From Treponema sp. (GTDB lineage Bacteria; Spirochaetota; Spirochaetia; Treponematales; Treponemataceae): 64,000 bases of DNA. The stretch lies in assembly GCA_022510845.1 (NCBI GenBank), contig JAFLSR010000011.1, positions 2,128 through 66,127 of the forward strand, read 5' to 3'. Below, in pieces: positions 27,585-37,861 of the stretch. How positions within the stretch are numbered: the first letter of the stretch is position 1; each line of letters opens with the position of its first letter. The position numbers were made by a program, and so were the translations under genes. Under the pieces are notes generated by a model. It was not told the DNA's origin. It worked only from the letters and a program-made list of their open reading frames with translations, and searched no databases.

Positions 27585-29000
27585 TTAATGGCCGCTTATA
27601 TATTTCCTGTATTTTTCGGGATTCACTCTGAACGCAACAATTGGAGAATCTGCGTCCTCGCTTGCGTGGAACAAAGCTTGCTCGGCTTCCGTCTTGAGTC
27701 GGTCCACGGAAATCAGTCGCAGCGAACGGCTTGAAATTCCGATGACGGGCTTCGCATTTTGCTTTGCTTCTTTTAGAATGTTTGCGAGTGCCGCATACAA
27801 TTTTTCTGCGCTTTGCATCGCGTCATCAACGTCCTTGTCTTGAATGATTGCCGCAAAGCCGTCCGTCTTGTATTCAAAAATAAAATCCTTGTATTGAAAA
27901 GTATCCAATAACGCTTCGCAGATTTTTGGATGGCATTCGTGCTTTGAAGTGATTCCCGGAATTCGAACAAGGACAAGCGCCAAATCTTGCTCGCTGGAAG
28001 CGGCGCGGACGAGTTCGCTTTCAAGGCGTTGCGAAAGATATGATTCCCATCCGAATCCGCTTGCGGGCGAAAACAAACCTTGCTCATCGCTTCCGTTGGT
28101 TTGGGAAATTTGTTTTGGACCGAGCGTTTGGCCGGGCGATGTGGAATCCTGCTCTTCATCTTCTTGCGCCTCATTTTCTGCTGGCTCTTCCTGCGCAACG
28201 GTTTTTTCATTTTCGAAATCTGGCTCAGGCAAAACAGGATTTTCAGGAAGCGCGGCATTTGAGTTTTCAACAGAATCTTTTGCGCCAACTTCGACTGCGG
28301 TTTTTTCTTCTTCGGTCTTTTCCTCGGAAACTTGCGAATTGCTTTCGTCCGAAAATTTTGGCTCGTCCTCTTCCTGCGAATCGATTTCTTCTTCAAGCAA
28401 GTCTTCTTCCGGCAAGTCGATGTCGTCTTCAAGCGAATTCTCTTCGCCAAAATCATCGTCATCAAAAAGCGACTTTTGTGCCTCGTCGCTTTTCTTTGTC
28501 TTCATTTCGGAGTCCGAAAGATAAAGGTACATCAGCAAAATGCAAGTTGTAAGAGTTCCTGCCAAAATTACGATGAACGCGATTTTCGCGCGGTCGAAAA
28601 TCATCGTCGGCGAAAGCGCGTAGATGTTCGCGAAAAGTTCGATTCGTGAGCCGTCGCCGCCTGCGATTCGCGTGCTGAAAGTTTTTACAAAAAACGAATT
28701 TGATTTTGTGGGAACGGAAGGATAGAGGTAAACTTCTGTTCCGTCAACTTCAAGTCTGAGCAGTTCGTAGAAATTGGGCGCGCCCACTGCGGAATTGAAT
28801 GCGTCGATGAATTCTTTCGAGCCGGAAGGATAGATGCCGCTCGTTTCTGCCGTCTTGGAAGAAAGTTTTTCAAATCTTGTGGCGGCACTTTCTGCGCCAG
28901 ATTTATAATCGTTATAAACGCTTGCTGCAAAAGCCGCGATGGTCAGAACAAAAACACAGGCAATCAAAATCGCCGCAATGGAAATACCGCTCTTTCTCAT
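27585..29000 (-). CDS. Membrane protein with acidic linker and degenerate GGDEF-like C-terminal domain
   Basis: Two TM helices, Asp/Glu-rich middle, C-terminal RLESELVRAA...LALVLVRI...FEYKTDGFAAII...VIGIS fold pattern without a GG(D/E)EF motif. Confidence 0.65.
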   Translation of the reverse strand: MRKSGISIAAILIACVFVLTIAAFAASVYNDYKSGAESAATRFEKLSSKTAETSGIYPSGSKEFIDAFNSAVGAPNFYELLRLEVDGTEVYLYPSVPTKSNSFFVKTFSTRIAGGDGSRIELFANIYALSPTMIFDRAKIAFIVILAGTLTTCILLMYLYLSDSEMKTKKSDEAQKSLFDDDDFGEENSLEDDIDLPEEDLLEEEIDSQEEDEPKFSDESNSQVSEEKTEEEKTAVEVGAKDSVENSNAALPENPVLPEPDFENEKTVAQEEPAENEAQEDEEQDSTSPGQTLGPKQISQTNGSDEQGLFSPASGFGWESYLSQRLESELVRAASSEQDLALVLVRIPGITSKHECHPKICEALLDTFQYKDFIFEYKTDGFAAIIQDKDVDDAMQSAEKLYAALANILKEAKQNAKPVIGISSRSLRLISVDRLKTEAEQALFHASEDADSPIVAFRVNPEKYRKYISGH

Positions 29001-30622
29001 AAATTCTTATTATACCATAAAATTTTATTCAGTGCAAGCAGAAAATCGCGCCTAGCGCAAAATGTTTCGGTTTTTTTGTTGCGAAGGAACGCGAGGTAGG
29101 GAAGGGCGATTTTTGAAAAAGGCGAGTTCGTGTCGATTTCGCATTCGCAGGAATTCATTTTTGCGATTTCGGATTCGATTCCTTTGGAAAGCGCGTCTTT
29201 GAATGAGTTCATATTGAAGCGTGGCGAAAAAAAATCTGCTTGCAATGTCGAGGCTTTTTTGAGATTCGCGCTCCAGAGAAAATTTTTGTATTCAAAAAAT
29301 TCCGCGTTGACTGAAAGCCATTGCGTGAAACTGTTTTTATACGAATCGAGCACTTGGTTTTTTGCGGCGGAATTTTTATCAAGCGAAATTTTTTCAAGGG
29401 GAGTGCGGAACATCAGGCTTGAGAATTTTTTTTCCGCGCTTTCGATTTTGTCTTCCGTGGCGCGGTAAAGTTCATCCAAATAAGTTCCGAGCGCGTAAGG
29501 CTTTCCCCGAGAGTAGGCGAAGTCCGCGCCGAATACCTGAATTTTTTCAAAGCCGCATTTTTTGGCGAAGTCCGCCGCGGCGATTGTGACTGTTCCGCTT
29601 CCGCTTTCAAGGAGGGGGAATGGCGTTTCGCAGAATCGGGCGGCGAAAGAGGCGAGCGGGTGGTGCGACGCGCAAAAAATTATTTTTGACGAATTTTCAT
29701 ACAGCGCGTTTGCGATGCTCGCATCGGAATCCAAACTCAATACGAAAATCGTGTCGCGTGATTTTTTGCCGATGAAATGGTTCGCGCTCAAAGATTGCGC
29801 GTCAATCGAAACTGCCGCGTCCGGAACAATTCCGGTTCTCATCAAAGCCTTGAAACTCGTGTCGGTGGCGATGACAAAATATTTTTCCCGCGCGTCTTTT
29901 ATTTTTTTCGCGCTTCCATCGAGACTTGGGCCTGCGGCGATTATCGCGGCGATTTTTTTTGTGTCGATTTTTGCGGAGTTTGTCTCGCTCGCATATCGAA
30001 GGTTGGCTTGCATTTTTTGAAGCGTCTTCAAATTGCAAAAAATATTTTTTTGCCACAACGCGCCGAAATGCGACTGCACTGAAAAATCCGCAGCGATTTT
30101 TTTTAACGAGCCTTCGATTTCCTGCGAAATTTTTTCGTAAAGAATTTTATCCTCGTCCGCCCAAGCGCGCATCGTCAAAATGCTCAGGTCGCCGTGGACT
30201 GCCGGAAAATAGTTTTTGAAAATTTCTTCCTGCAAATTTTCAGGAAAAGCGACGGAGAAATTTTCGCGCATGGAAATTTCTTTTACACAAGGTATTTCGC
30301 TTTTTAAAAAATCGTAGTCTTCGCGCGATTTTTCTATGCAAAGAATTTTGCATTTTTGATTTCGTTCCAAAAAAGATTTTATGTGGTAGCCGCCTGCGAT
30401 TCCCAAAATCATGGTAAATTTCGCGCCATCGCTTTCCGCGCCGAAATTCCTTGCCTCGCGCTCTGGGGCGTATTTTGAGTGCGCCGCCTTTCCCGAAGCG
30501 AATACGGGAATTCTTTGAGAATTTTTTGCTGCGATAATTTCTTTGTAAAACAAATCTTTTCCTGTCCTGCCAACGAGTTTTTGTGAAACAAAAAACTCCC
30601 GTGTTAAAAACTGCGGCGGCAT
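28997..30622 (-). CDS. Motility-associated factor (Maf/DUF115) family protein
   Basis: HSKYAPEREA, IIAAGPSL, VIATDT, PDAAVSIDAQ, SGSGTV, FGADFAY; start uncertain. Confidence 0.8.
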   Translation of the reverse strand: MPPQFLTREFFVSQKLVGRTGKDLFYKEIIAAKNSQRIPVFASGKAAHSKYAPEREARNFGAESDGAKFTMILGIAGGYHIKSFLERNQKCKILCIEKSREDYDFLKSEIPCVKEISMRENFSVAFPENLQEEIFKNYFPAVHGDLSILTMRAWADEDKILYEKISQEIEGSLKKIAADFSVQSHFGALWQKNIFCNLKTLQKMQANLRYASETNSAKIDTKKIAAIIAAGPSLDGSAKKIKDAREKYFVIATDTSFKALMRTGIVPDAAVSIDAQSLSANHFIGKKSRDTIFVLSLDSDASIANALYENSSKIIFCASHHPLASFAARFCETPFPLLESGSGTVTIAAADFAKKCGFEKIQVFGADFAYSRGKPYALGTYLDELYRATEDKIESAEKKFSSLMFRTPLEKISLDKNSAAKNQVLDSYKNSFTQWLSVNAEFFEYKNFLWSANLKKASTLQADFFSPRFNMNSFKDALSKGIESEIAKMNSCECEIDTNSPFSKIALPYLAFLRNKKTETFCARRDFLLALNKILWYNKNL

Positions 30623-30688
30623 TTTTCGACGCTGTTTTTAAACATCGAATTCAAAATCTGCAACGACATTCGCTTGCGATTTTAGCAT

Positions 30689-32200
30689 CTATTCCAATTT
30701 TTCAAAAATCTCTTTCAAAAGCCTCTCGCTTTTTTCAAAAATCGCATTTGAATGGCTTTGCCGCTCTTTTTCGTTTGAAGCGCGGTCGTGCAAAATGCAT
30801 TTGCTCGGAAAAAGTTCTCTCTGCCATTTTTCGTCCTTGGAAAATTCATTGAGCGTCTTTTTTATCGCGTCGATTCGGTTTGGATTTTCTGGAAGTTTTT
30901 CTTGTCGAATCGCATCGCATGAATTTTTTTCGACATGATTTTCAAGAATCTTTTCCGCGTCCATCGCCGTGATGTCGCTGATTCTTCCGAGTGAATTTTT
31001 GGGAGAATCTTCGCCGCAAATGCGGAAAACTTTTTGTCTGCCCTTCCATGAAAAATTCGCAAACCATGCGGCGTAGATTTCAAGGCTGGGGGAGGGGAGC
31101 GATGCCCTCGCCACGCGCGAAGCCTTTGTCCGTAGCCGAAAATCTTTTTGCGCCGCGTCCGTTTCGAGCGCGTTTGGCTGGGCGTGCGCGAACGTATTTC
31201 CGGAAGCCAAATCCAGTCCTGCAAAAAAGATTTCTGTTTCGGCGTTCGCAAGAAAAAATTCCAACGCCGTGCCGCTCACAGTTCCGTTTCGCCTTGCCTG
31301 CATATAAGGAATGTCTAGCGCGGCGAAAAGTTTTTGCGAAAGCGCATCGTCATCGTAACACAAAGGAAGAATCGCGCTTCTGCGGAAAATGGCGGCGGCG
31401 CATTCTGCTTCGGTCGTGAGCGCAAGTGGAATTTTTTGGACGCGCCCGAGTGGGTGTAAGTGCGCTCTCGCCCAAAATCCTCCGTCCGTGGAAAAACAAA
31501 TGTCGGGAAAAATTCCTTCGTGGAGCAAGACTGAAATCGACGAAGAAAGGGCTGCTAAAAAAATTTTTTCGCGCGTCTTTTTTATGAGAGGGATTGCGGA
31601 TTTGAGGCTTGGTCCTGAAGCGCAAACAAAAATCGGTGCTGTGATTTTTTCAAGACGCGCGATGCCGTTTATTCTGAGAAAAAAATTGATTTTGTTTTTG
31701 AGCCATTTTTTTTCGAAATGTTCGCGCGTCGCAAGAATCGCGCGGGCTTTTTCTGTCGCGGATTTTATTTCATGCCATGCGAATTTTGTTGCTTCGGGAA
31801 AGGCGCGCGCGCTTGGCGGCCATTCCAAAAAGAGCGTCTTGAAAACGCCCTCTTCTCCGAGCGCGCCGAAAATTTTTTCGGAAAGCGAATGGGCGTTTTC
31901 CCCCTCCCGCGCGAAATCCGTAGCGTCAATTACAAAATCGAATTCGCCGTTCCACGGAAAAAAATCTTTGGAAATTCGAATCGTTCCGATTTTCGCGCCG
32001 GGAAATTTTTTCTTCAAAGCAATACATGCATAACCGAGCGCACCTTCGATGACGACTATTTTTTCGGGTATAAAATTCGCGCTCGCGTTCTCGGCGAATC
32101 GCTCCGCTTCGATTTGAGGATTGTATTGCGAATGCAGGAAGATTCCGTTCGATTTCGCACAGCGGCTTCCGTTTTTTGCATTTAAAAATTCAGTCGTCAA
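30689..32200 (-). CDS. Motility-associated factor (Maf/DUF115) family protein, second paralogue
   Basis: FLHSQYNPQIEA, CASGPSL, PDICFSTDGG, NGTVSGTA, AGLDLA. Confidence 0.8.
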   Translation of the reverse strand: MTTEFLNAKNGSRCAKSNGIFLHSQYNPQIEAERFAENASANFIPEKIVVIEGALGYACIALKKKFPGAKIGTIRISKDFFPWNGEFDFVIDATDFAREGENAHSLSEKIFGALGEEGVFKTLFLEWPPSARAFPEATKFAWHEIKSATEKARAILATREHFEKKWLKNKINFFLRINGIARLEKITAPIFVCASGPSLKSAIPLIKKTREKIFLAALSSSISVLLHEGIFPDICFSTDGGFWARAHLHPLGRVQKIPLALTTEAECAAAIFRRSAILPLCYDDDALSQKLFAALDIPYMQARRNGTVSGTALEFFLANAETEIFFAGLDLASGNTFAHAQPNALETDAAQKDFRLRTKASRVARASLPSPSLEIYAAWFANFSWKGRQKVFRICGEDSPKNSLGRISDITAMDAEKILENHVEKNSCDAIRQEKLPENPNRIDAIKKTLNEFSKDEKWQRELFPSKCILHDRASNEKERQSHSNAIFEKSERLLKEIFEKLE

Positions 32201-33057
32201 ACTTCGCCTCGCAAAATATACGAAATTATTTCTTCCGCGTCGAATGTCTGTGCCGCAATTTCCACTGCGATTTGCGTTGCGTGCGGCGCTTTAAAAATCT
32301 CTTTCCCCGCGTCAAAAATTTTTTCGCGCATGGTTTCCTCGCGTTTTTTTCGCGTGAGAATCGAAACGATTTTTATTTTTGAAAAATCCTTCGCGTATAC
32401 GAAATCAGGCCATAGAAAGTGCTTTTTTGTCGCGAAAAAAAATTCTTCAAAAATCGTGTTCGAAAGAATTTTTTTTGCTTCGGGATTTTCCGAAAAAAAA
32501 TTCTTTTCTTCGCCTGAAAAAATCTTTTTGAACAAAGGCTCAAGCGATGCCGTAAGCACAAGTGCGCCAGAATTTCCTACGAGACCTGAGATTTTTTTTT
32601 CGTCGCCTTGGCGGAAGAAAAAACTTTTTTTGCTTTCCAAAATCGCAAGCACTTCGCGCCGAAAATTTTCCTCGCTCGGAAGTTTTGGGAATTCGTTCGA
32701 TGTGTATGCGAAAAAAAATGTCGTGGGATTTTCGCTCAATTTCAAAATTGCAAAGCGCGCGGCGTTTTCTTTTTCATCGTTTTCCAAAAATTGCAGGAAT
32801 GCCGCGAACCGCTCGTTGCCGCGTTCTGGCAAAATCCATTCATCGCCCGCCGCGCTTCCCCTCCAAAAGTCGTTCGTGGAAATCGATTTGAGGACGCTTT
32901 CGCAGGGAATGCCGTAGGCGTGTTTTAAAAGCATGAATTTTGATTGTGCGCAGAAAACGCCACAATGGGCAAAGTGCGAAAACTCTGCCCATTGTTGAAA
33001 ACTGGAAGGAGGCGATTTTTCAGGCGGCGTTTCGGCCGCCCGTTCGAAAAGCCCCAT
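32197..33057 (-). CDS. Hypothetical protein
   Basis: 286-aa ORF coupled at both ends (TAATG and GTGA/ATGA-type overlaps) within the operon; no recognised motif. Confidence 0.6.
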   Translation of the reverse strand: MGLFERAAETPPEKSPPSSFQQWAEFSHFAHCGVFCAQSKFMLLKHAYGIPCESVLKSISTNDFWRGSAAGDEWILPERGNERFAAFLQFLENDEKENAARFAILKLSENPTTFFFAYTSNEFPKLPSEENFRREVLAILESKKSFFFRQGDEKKISGLVGNSGALVLTASLEPLFKKIFSGEEKNFFSENPEAKKILSNTIFEEFFFATKKHFLWPDFVYAKDFSKIKIVSILTRKKREETMREKIFDAGKEIFKAPHATQIAVEIAAQTFDAEEIISYILRGEV

Positions 33058-35690
33058 TATGAAAGACCGAGTTCGTCGAAAAGTTTTTTATATGTCGCGA
33101 AGTGTTCGGACTTTGCGAATTCGGTGATTTTTTCTTCTGGAAGATTTTCAAGAAGTTGGTCCATATACGAAAGCACCGAAATCACTTCTTCCCTCAAGTT
33201 TTTGGGAATCGAAGACTGTTGAGCGTTTTCGTTCGCGTCAGAATCAGCGGCTGCGATTGTTGGCTCTTCCACCGAAGTTTCTTCCGCCTCTTCTTCCAAA
33301 GGTTCCGCGACGGATGGTGTTTCTGCAATGGTTTCTTCTGCAGGCGCGTCTTCGATTACAGGCTCTTCGAATTCCGCTGGCGCTTCGATGTCATCGCCGC
33401 TTTCTTGCACTTGGCTTTCTTCGGCAGTGGGCAGTTCTTCCGTAATCGCAATGGTTTCCTCGGCAGGTTCTTCCAATGTTTCAGCGATAGAAGGCTCTTC
33501 TGTGGGCGCATCTTCGATTACAGGCTCTTCAAATTCCACAGGTCCTTGCTCGTCGTCGATGTTCTTGTTGATTTCCTGCTCATAGGCATCTTTTTTGGCG
33601 AGGGAATCGTCCAAAATGTCGGACTCTGTGGCATCCGCTTCTTCAAACGCGGCGTTTATGTCGCTTTCGATTCCGACCGAAGCCTCTTCGTCTTCTTGGT
33701 TCGAGATGTTTTCTTTTATGATTCCTGAAACCGAATTTTCAAAATTGTCCTTCGCCGCAAGGGAATCGTCCAAAATATCGGACTCCGTGGCATCCGCCTC
33801 TTCGAACGCCGCGTTTGTGTCATCGGCAATTTCGATTGAAGCCTCGTCGCCTTCTTTGAGCGAAATATTGTCCTGCATGATCTCATTGACATTCGGGGCG
33901 TTTTCCTGCGAATCTTGCGCGTTTTCTTCAAGATAGTTGAGGTTTTCTTCCGTGAGCGAATTTTCTATTGAAATGTCTTCGCTCATATAGTCATCCACCG
34001 CCTCGTCATTGAACGCTCCGCTTGTGGGAACGCTGATTTCATTGGGAAGGGAAAGTTCTCCTTGAACTTCGGTCGAATTTGGCGTGGGCATGATGTAGTC
34101 ATCGGAAAGTCCTTCCAGCGTCGGGTCTGGAATTCCGAGTTCGTCCTCGGAAATCGAGGTTTCTTCCATTTCCTGCTCGATGTTTTCTTCGACTTGCGGC
34201 TCTTCTATTGAATCGCTTTCGATTTGTGGCTCGCCTTCGGGTTCTGCTTCGGTCAAAGCGTCGGAACTTTCCTCCGCCTGCGTTATCTCTACGGAATTCA
34301 GAATGTCCGTCATTTCGCTCCCGGAAAGCGCGATTGTGTCGTCGCCGTCATCGCTCCCGAAAAAACCTTCCGAATCGTCATCTTCGGAGGCCTCCTCGGA
34401 TGGCGCGGTTTGCGGAATTTCTTGTGCTGAGGGAGCGGCTGGCTCTGTCGAACGGCTTTGTATGTCGGCGAATTCGGCTTTGATATTTTTTATTTCATCT
34501 CTGAGCGATGAAAGTTGCGTCATGATTTCTTCAAGGATTTCCTTGCCTTTTTCGCTGATTTCCGGAGAAACAGCGTTTTCAGTTGTGTTTTCCATAGTGT
34601 TCGTAATGTAATCCTCCTCGGAATCAGTTTCATTTGAGTCCGCAGAAATTTTCCCGTATATGACATCCTTGACCGAAGGCGTTTCTGTGTCGCCGTCAGC
34701 GGTAACTTTCATGACATAATTTACTACTTCTTTCTTTATCGGGTTCGAGCCGTCAGGTCCTTCCGTCATTCCGATTTTGGAATCGTCATCGTCAAATCCG
34801 AATTCGGAAAGGTCGATTTCGTCGCTGGAAGAGGAGACCTGCGGAGCTGCCCCGCTGTCTGGAGCGGATTCGGGAATGCCCTGCGCCGCCACCGCCGCGT
34901 CGAACGAACTGAACATCTCGTCGTCCGTGCCGCCCTGCGTGGTGGTTTCGCTCGGTGCGGCAGGGGGATTCATTTTGGCTTCATTTTCCGGCGTGTCTTC
35001 TAGGGCGATGGCTTCGGCATCTTTGTCAAAATCCACGTTGATTTCGAGTGTCTGCTCGTCATTTATTTCCGCAGGTTCTTTGGAAGGACTGCTCGAAGAA
35101 AAGTCGCCGCCCATAAAATCATCGAGGTCGATTTCGCCGTCTTCGAACGATATTTCCTGCGAGCCATCGGAATCGCCCATGAATGAGCCTAAGTCGATTT
35201 CACCGTCTTCAAATGAGATTTCCATTTCTTCGGATTTGGTTTCTGCGACAGGCTCTGGCTCGGGAGGAATCTCTTCTGCCACTTCGATTTTTTCAGGCTC
35301 GATTTCGCCTGTTTCGAAATTCGCGTCGTCCAAAGAATCTTCTTCCGGCAAATCCGAATCGTCGGAAAAAAACGCGCCGCTCAACGCCGCGGTCTCTTCG
35401 TCAGTTATGCCTTCGTTTTGGGTAATCTCTTCTTCGGGAGCAGGCTCTGCTTCCATGACGATGTTCGCGAGTTCGTCGGGATTGAGCGAAGTCTCTCCAT
35501 CGTCAAGGCTGTCGTTCTGCGAGTCGGAGGAAAAATCATCCAATGCGCTTTCGTCAAAATCCGGCAATTCGAACTCTTCGACGGCGTTGTCGGAAGAATT
35601 TGAGGATTCGTCATTTATGTCAAGAGGCGAGTTTTTTACCCAAACCCCATAGCGGTCCAATTCGTTAGAATCATCTTTTTTGTCGCTCAT
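33057..35690 (-). CDS. Large highly acidic, largely low-complexity protein with internal repeats
   Basis: 877 aa rich in Asp/Glu; ordered-looking termini (ELDRYGVWVK; LREEVISVLSYMDQLLENLPEEKITEFAKSEHFATYKKLFDELGL); AGGGGA RBS. Confidence 0.8.
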   Translation of the reverse strand: MSDKKDDSNELDRYGVWVKNSPLDINDESSNSSDNAVEEFELPDFDESALDDFSSDSQNDSLDDGETSLNPDELANIVMEAEPAPEEEITQNEGITDEETAALSGAFFSDDSDLPEEDSLDDANFETGEIEPEKIEVAEEIPPEPEPVAETKSEEMEISFEDGEIDLGSFMGDSDGSQEISFEDGEIDLDDFMGGDFSSSSPSKEPAEINDEQTLEINVDFDKDAEAIALEDTPENEAKMNPPAAPSETTTQGGTDDEMFSSFDAAVAAQGIPESAPDSGAAPQVSSSSDEIDLSEFGFDDDDSKIGMTEGPDGSNPIKKEVVNYVMKVTADGDTETPSVKDVIYGKISADSNETDSEEDYITNTMENTTENAVSPEISEKGKEILEEIMTQLSSLRDEIKNIKAEFADIQSRSTEPAAPSAQEIPQTAPSEEASEDDDSEGFFGSDDGDDTIALSGSEMTDILNSVEITQAEESSDALTEAEPEGEPQIESDSIEEPQVEENIEQEMEETSISEDELGIPDPTLEGLSDDYIMPTPNSTEVQGELSLPNEISVPTSGAFNDEAVDDYMSEDISIENSLTEENLNYLEENAQDSQENAPNVNEIMQDNISLKEGDEASIEIADDTNAAFEEADATESDILDDSLAAKDNFENSVSGIIKENISNQEDEEASVGIESDINAAFEEADATESDILDDSLAKKDAYEQEINKNIDDEQGPVEFEEPVIEDAPTEEPSIAETLEEPAEETIAITEELPTAEESQVQESGDDIEAPAEFEEPVIEDAPAEETIAETPSVAEPLEEEAEETSVEEPTIAAADSDANENAQQSSIPKNLREEVISVLSYMDQLLENLPEEKITEFAKSEHFATYKKLFDELGLS
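33350..33880 (-). repeat. Intragenic duplications in the acidic protein gene
   Basis: CTTCGATTACAGGCTCTTC at 33350 and 33512 (162-nt period); GGGAATCGTCCAAAAT block at 33602 and 33761 (159-nt period); both in frame. Confidence 0.8.
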
Positions 35691-35790
35691 AGATTCCCCT
35701 TGAAAAAAGAAAACATTCTTTATAATTCAATATAATCTCATTCATTTAATTATCGGAAAATGGCTGAATTTCCGCAATATATTCCAAACA

Positions 35791-35820
35791 ATTATATCAT
35801 ACTTTAAAAAAAATTCCAAC
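35791..35820 (-). promoter_or_regulatory. sigma70 promoter of the acidic-protein/maf operon
   Basis: Minus strand TTGGAA - 18 nt - TATAAT with extended TG. Confidence 0.55.
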
Positions 35821-36121
35821 TAAAATTTTGATTTTTATCGAAAACAAATGAAAAACTGTGCGGCATCGAAAATGGGCGAGGTAAAAAAAATGCGAATTTC
35901 GCGTGAAAAATTCCTCTGCTGCGGAAATCTTCGGAGAAAATTTCCTGCGTGGCGGTGAAAAACGATGTCAGCGCGGCATTCGTCAAAAGTCTAGTGGTTT
36001 TGCAATTTCTGCTTGACCTATTTGGTTTTATGCTTTAAAATGATTTAAAATGTACGCGCGTTGGAATTCTTCGGAAATCCGAGGCGTTTTCGGCGCGAAT
36101 TTCATTTGAAAAATCGAGTGC

Positions 36122-37861
36122 TTGAAAATGACACAAAAAAATGGCGACCTTGCGGGCGCGAACGCCTTGCAGGAAAAAAACAGATTTTGGTTTTCGTTTA
36201 AGAAGAGCCTTCCCCTTGTGACAACTTGCATTGTCGCGTATTTGGCGGCGGCTTTGATGGCTCTTTTCGGAGTGAGCAGGGATGCTACCGTGGCTTCGTT
36301 CGCGCTTGACGAATACGAAGTGGGGCAGATTGCCGACCGCACGATAATCGCGGATCGCGGCCTTCCGAGCACGATGGAATATCCCACTGCCGTCCGCGAA
36401 GGCGAAAAGGTCATCAGAAAGGGCTTTCCAATCACGGAAGAGGGCTACCGCAAACTTGAAAAGATGGCGCACACGCGCGAGTACATCGACTACCTTGCGT
36501 TCGGCGGCACTTTGATTTACCTCGCGCTTGTTTTGGCGTTGTGGATTTTTTTGTATTCGCCTGCGCTTTTGGGAAGGAAGCCGCCACTCAAAGAAATAAT
36601 AACGCAGATAGTTTTTTTTCTCGCGCTTTATTCCGCGACAATGTTCGCGCATAAATTGCCGTTCGCGGCGAACAGCCCGTATTTGCTTTGCATTTTCATT
36701 CCGTGCGTTCTGTTCGTGCTTTTGAGTTCGATTCTTTTCGGGGAAAAGTCCGCGCTTTTCTTTTCGCTGATTTCGACACTGGGAATTCTGAATGCGTCGA
36801 ACTACGAAGTCAAGACCTTCCTTTTCGTGCTCATCGTGAGCCTTGCCTGCTGCCGCATCGTCCGAAAAATCGAAAACCGAATACAGATGGTCTTTGTCGC
36901 GATAACGACCGCCATACTGAACGTCGTGGTGGCTTTCGTGCTCAAAGTGGTTTTCAACGACGCGATGAACGACATGCCGCGTCTTCTTTCCGCGCTGGCT
37001 GGCAACGGATTTTTGTGCGGAATACTTGCCATGGGATTTTTGACGCTGCTCGAACACATTCTGAACACGGCCTCGGTTTTCCGCCTCATCGATTTGAGCG
37101 ACTTGAACAATCCACTCATGCAAAAAATGCTCCTCAACGCGAGCGGCACTTACAACCATTCGCTCATGGTGGCGCAGCTTGCGGAAAACGCTTGCAAGGC
37201 AATCGGCGCGAATTCTCTTTTGGCTCGCGTGGGCGCGTATTATCACGACATCGGCAAAATCGACCAGAGCGAATATTTTGTGGAGAACCAGTCCGGCGAA
37301 AACAAGCACGACGAAATCAATCCCGCGCTTTCTGTTTCGATAATCCGAAGCCACGTAAAAAAAGGTGTGGAAATGGCGAGGCAGATGCGCCTTCCTCCGC
37401 AGGTAATCGACATCATCGCGGAGCACCACGGAAACGGCGTGATTGGATATTTTTACGCCGAGGCGCTCAAAAAAGACCCGAACGCCAACGCCGAAGATTT
37501 TTCGTATTACGGGAATCCGCCTTCAAGCAAGGAAAGCGGCGTGGTGATGATTGCGGACACGGTGGAAGCCGCCTGCCGCACTTTGGAAAAGCCTTCCGTC
37601 CCGCGCCTCGAAAAATTCATCCAGACTTTGATTGACGGCAAATTGCAAAACCATCTTTTGGACAACTGCGCGCTCACGTTCGCGGACTTGGCGAAAATCA
37701 AGGCTTCGTTCGTTTCGATTTTGGCAGGCTACTATCACAGCCGCATCGAATATCCGAACCAAAAGGACCCTGACGCCGAAAAAGAAGGCGATGCCGCCAA
37801 AAAGGCGGAAAAAGCGGATTCCGGCGCGAAATCCAAACGAGGCAAGGAAAATGGCAAATAG
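36122..37861 (+). CDS. 7TM-HD (HDIG) phosphohydrolase, PgpH-like
   Basis: Seven TM cluster, ASGTYNHSLMVA, YYHDIGK, IIAEHHG, MIADTVEAA; start may be ATG 36128. Confidence 0.9.
   Translation: MKMTQKNGDLAGANALQEKNRFWFSFKKSLPLVTTCIVAYLAAALMALFGVSRDATVASFALDEYEVGQIADRTIIADRGLPSTMEYPTAVREGEKVIRKGFPITEEGYRKLEKMAHTREYIDYLAFGGTLIYLALVLALWIFLYSPALLGRKPPLKEIITQIVFFLALYSATMFAHKLPFAANSPYLLCIFIPCVLFVLLSSILFGEKSALFFSLISTLGILNASNYEVKTFLFVLIVSLACCRIVRKIENRIQMVFVAITTAILNVVVAFVLKVVFNDAMNDMPRLLSALAGNGFLCGILAMGFLTLLEHILNTASVFRLIDLSDLNNPLMQKMLLNASGTYNHSLMVAQLAENACKAIGANSLLARVGAYYHDIGKIDQSEYFVENQSGENKHDEINPALSVSIIRSHVKKGVEMARQMRLPPQVIDIIAEHHGNGVIGYFYAEALKKDPNANAEDFSYYGNPPSSKESGVVMIADTVEAACRTLEKPSVPRLEKFIQTLIDGKLQNHLLDNCALTFADLAKIKASFVSILAGYYHSRIEYPNQKDPDAEKEGDAAKKAEKADSGAKSKRGKENGK

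Noticed and set aside
35700-36120. Cyclic dinucleotide riboswitch or ncRNA in the 420-bp divergent region before the HD gene
   Set aside because: No ydaO or GEMM consensus motifs and no convincing long stems were recognised.
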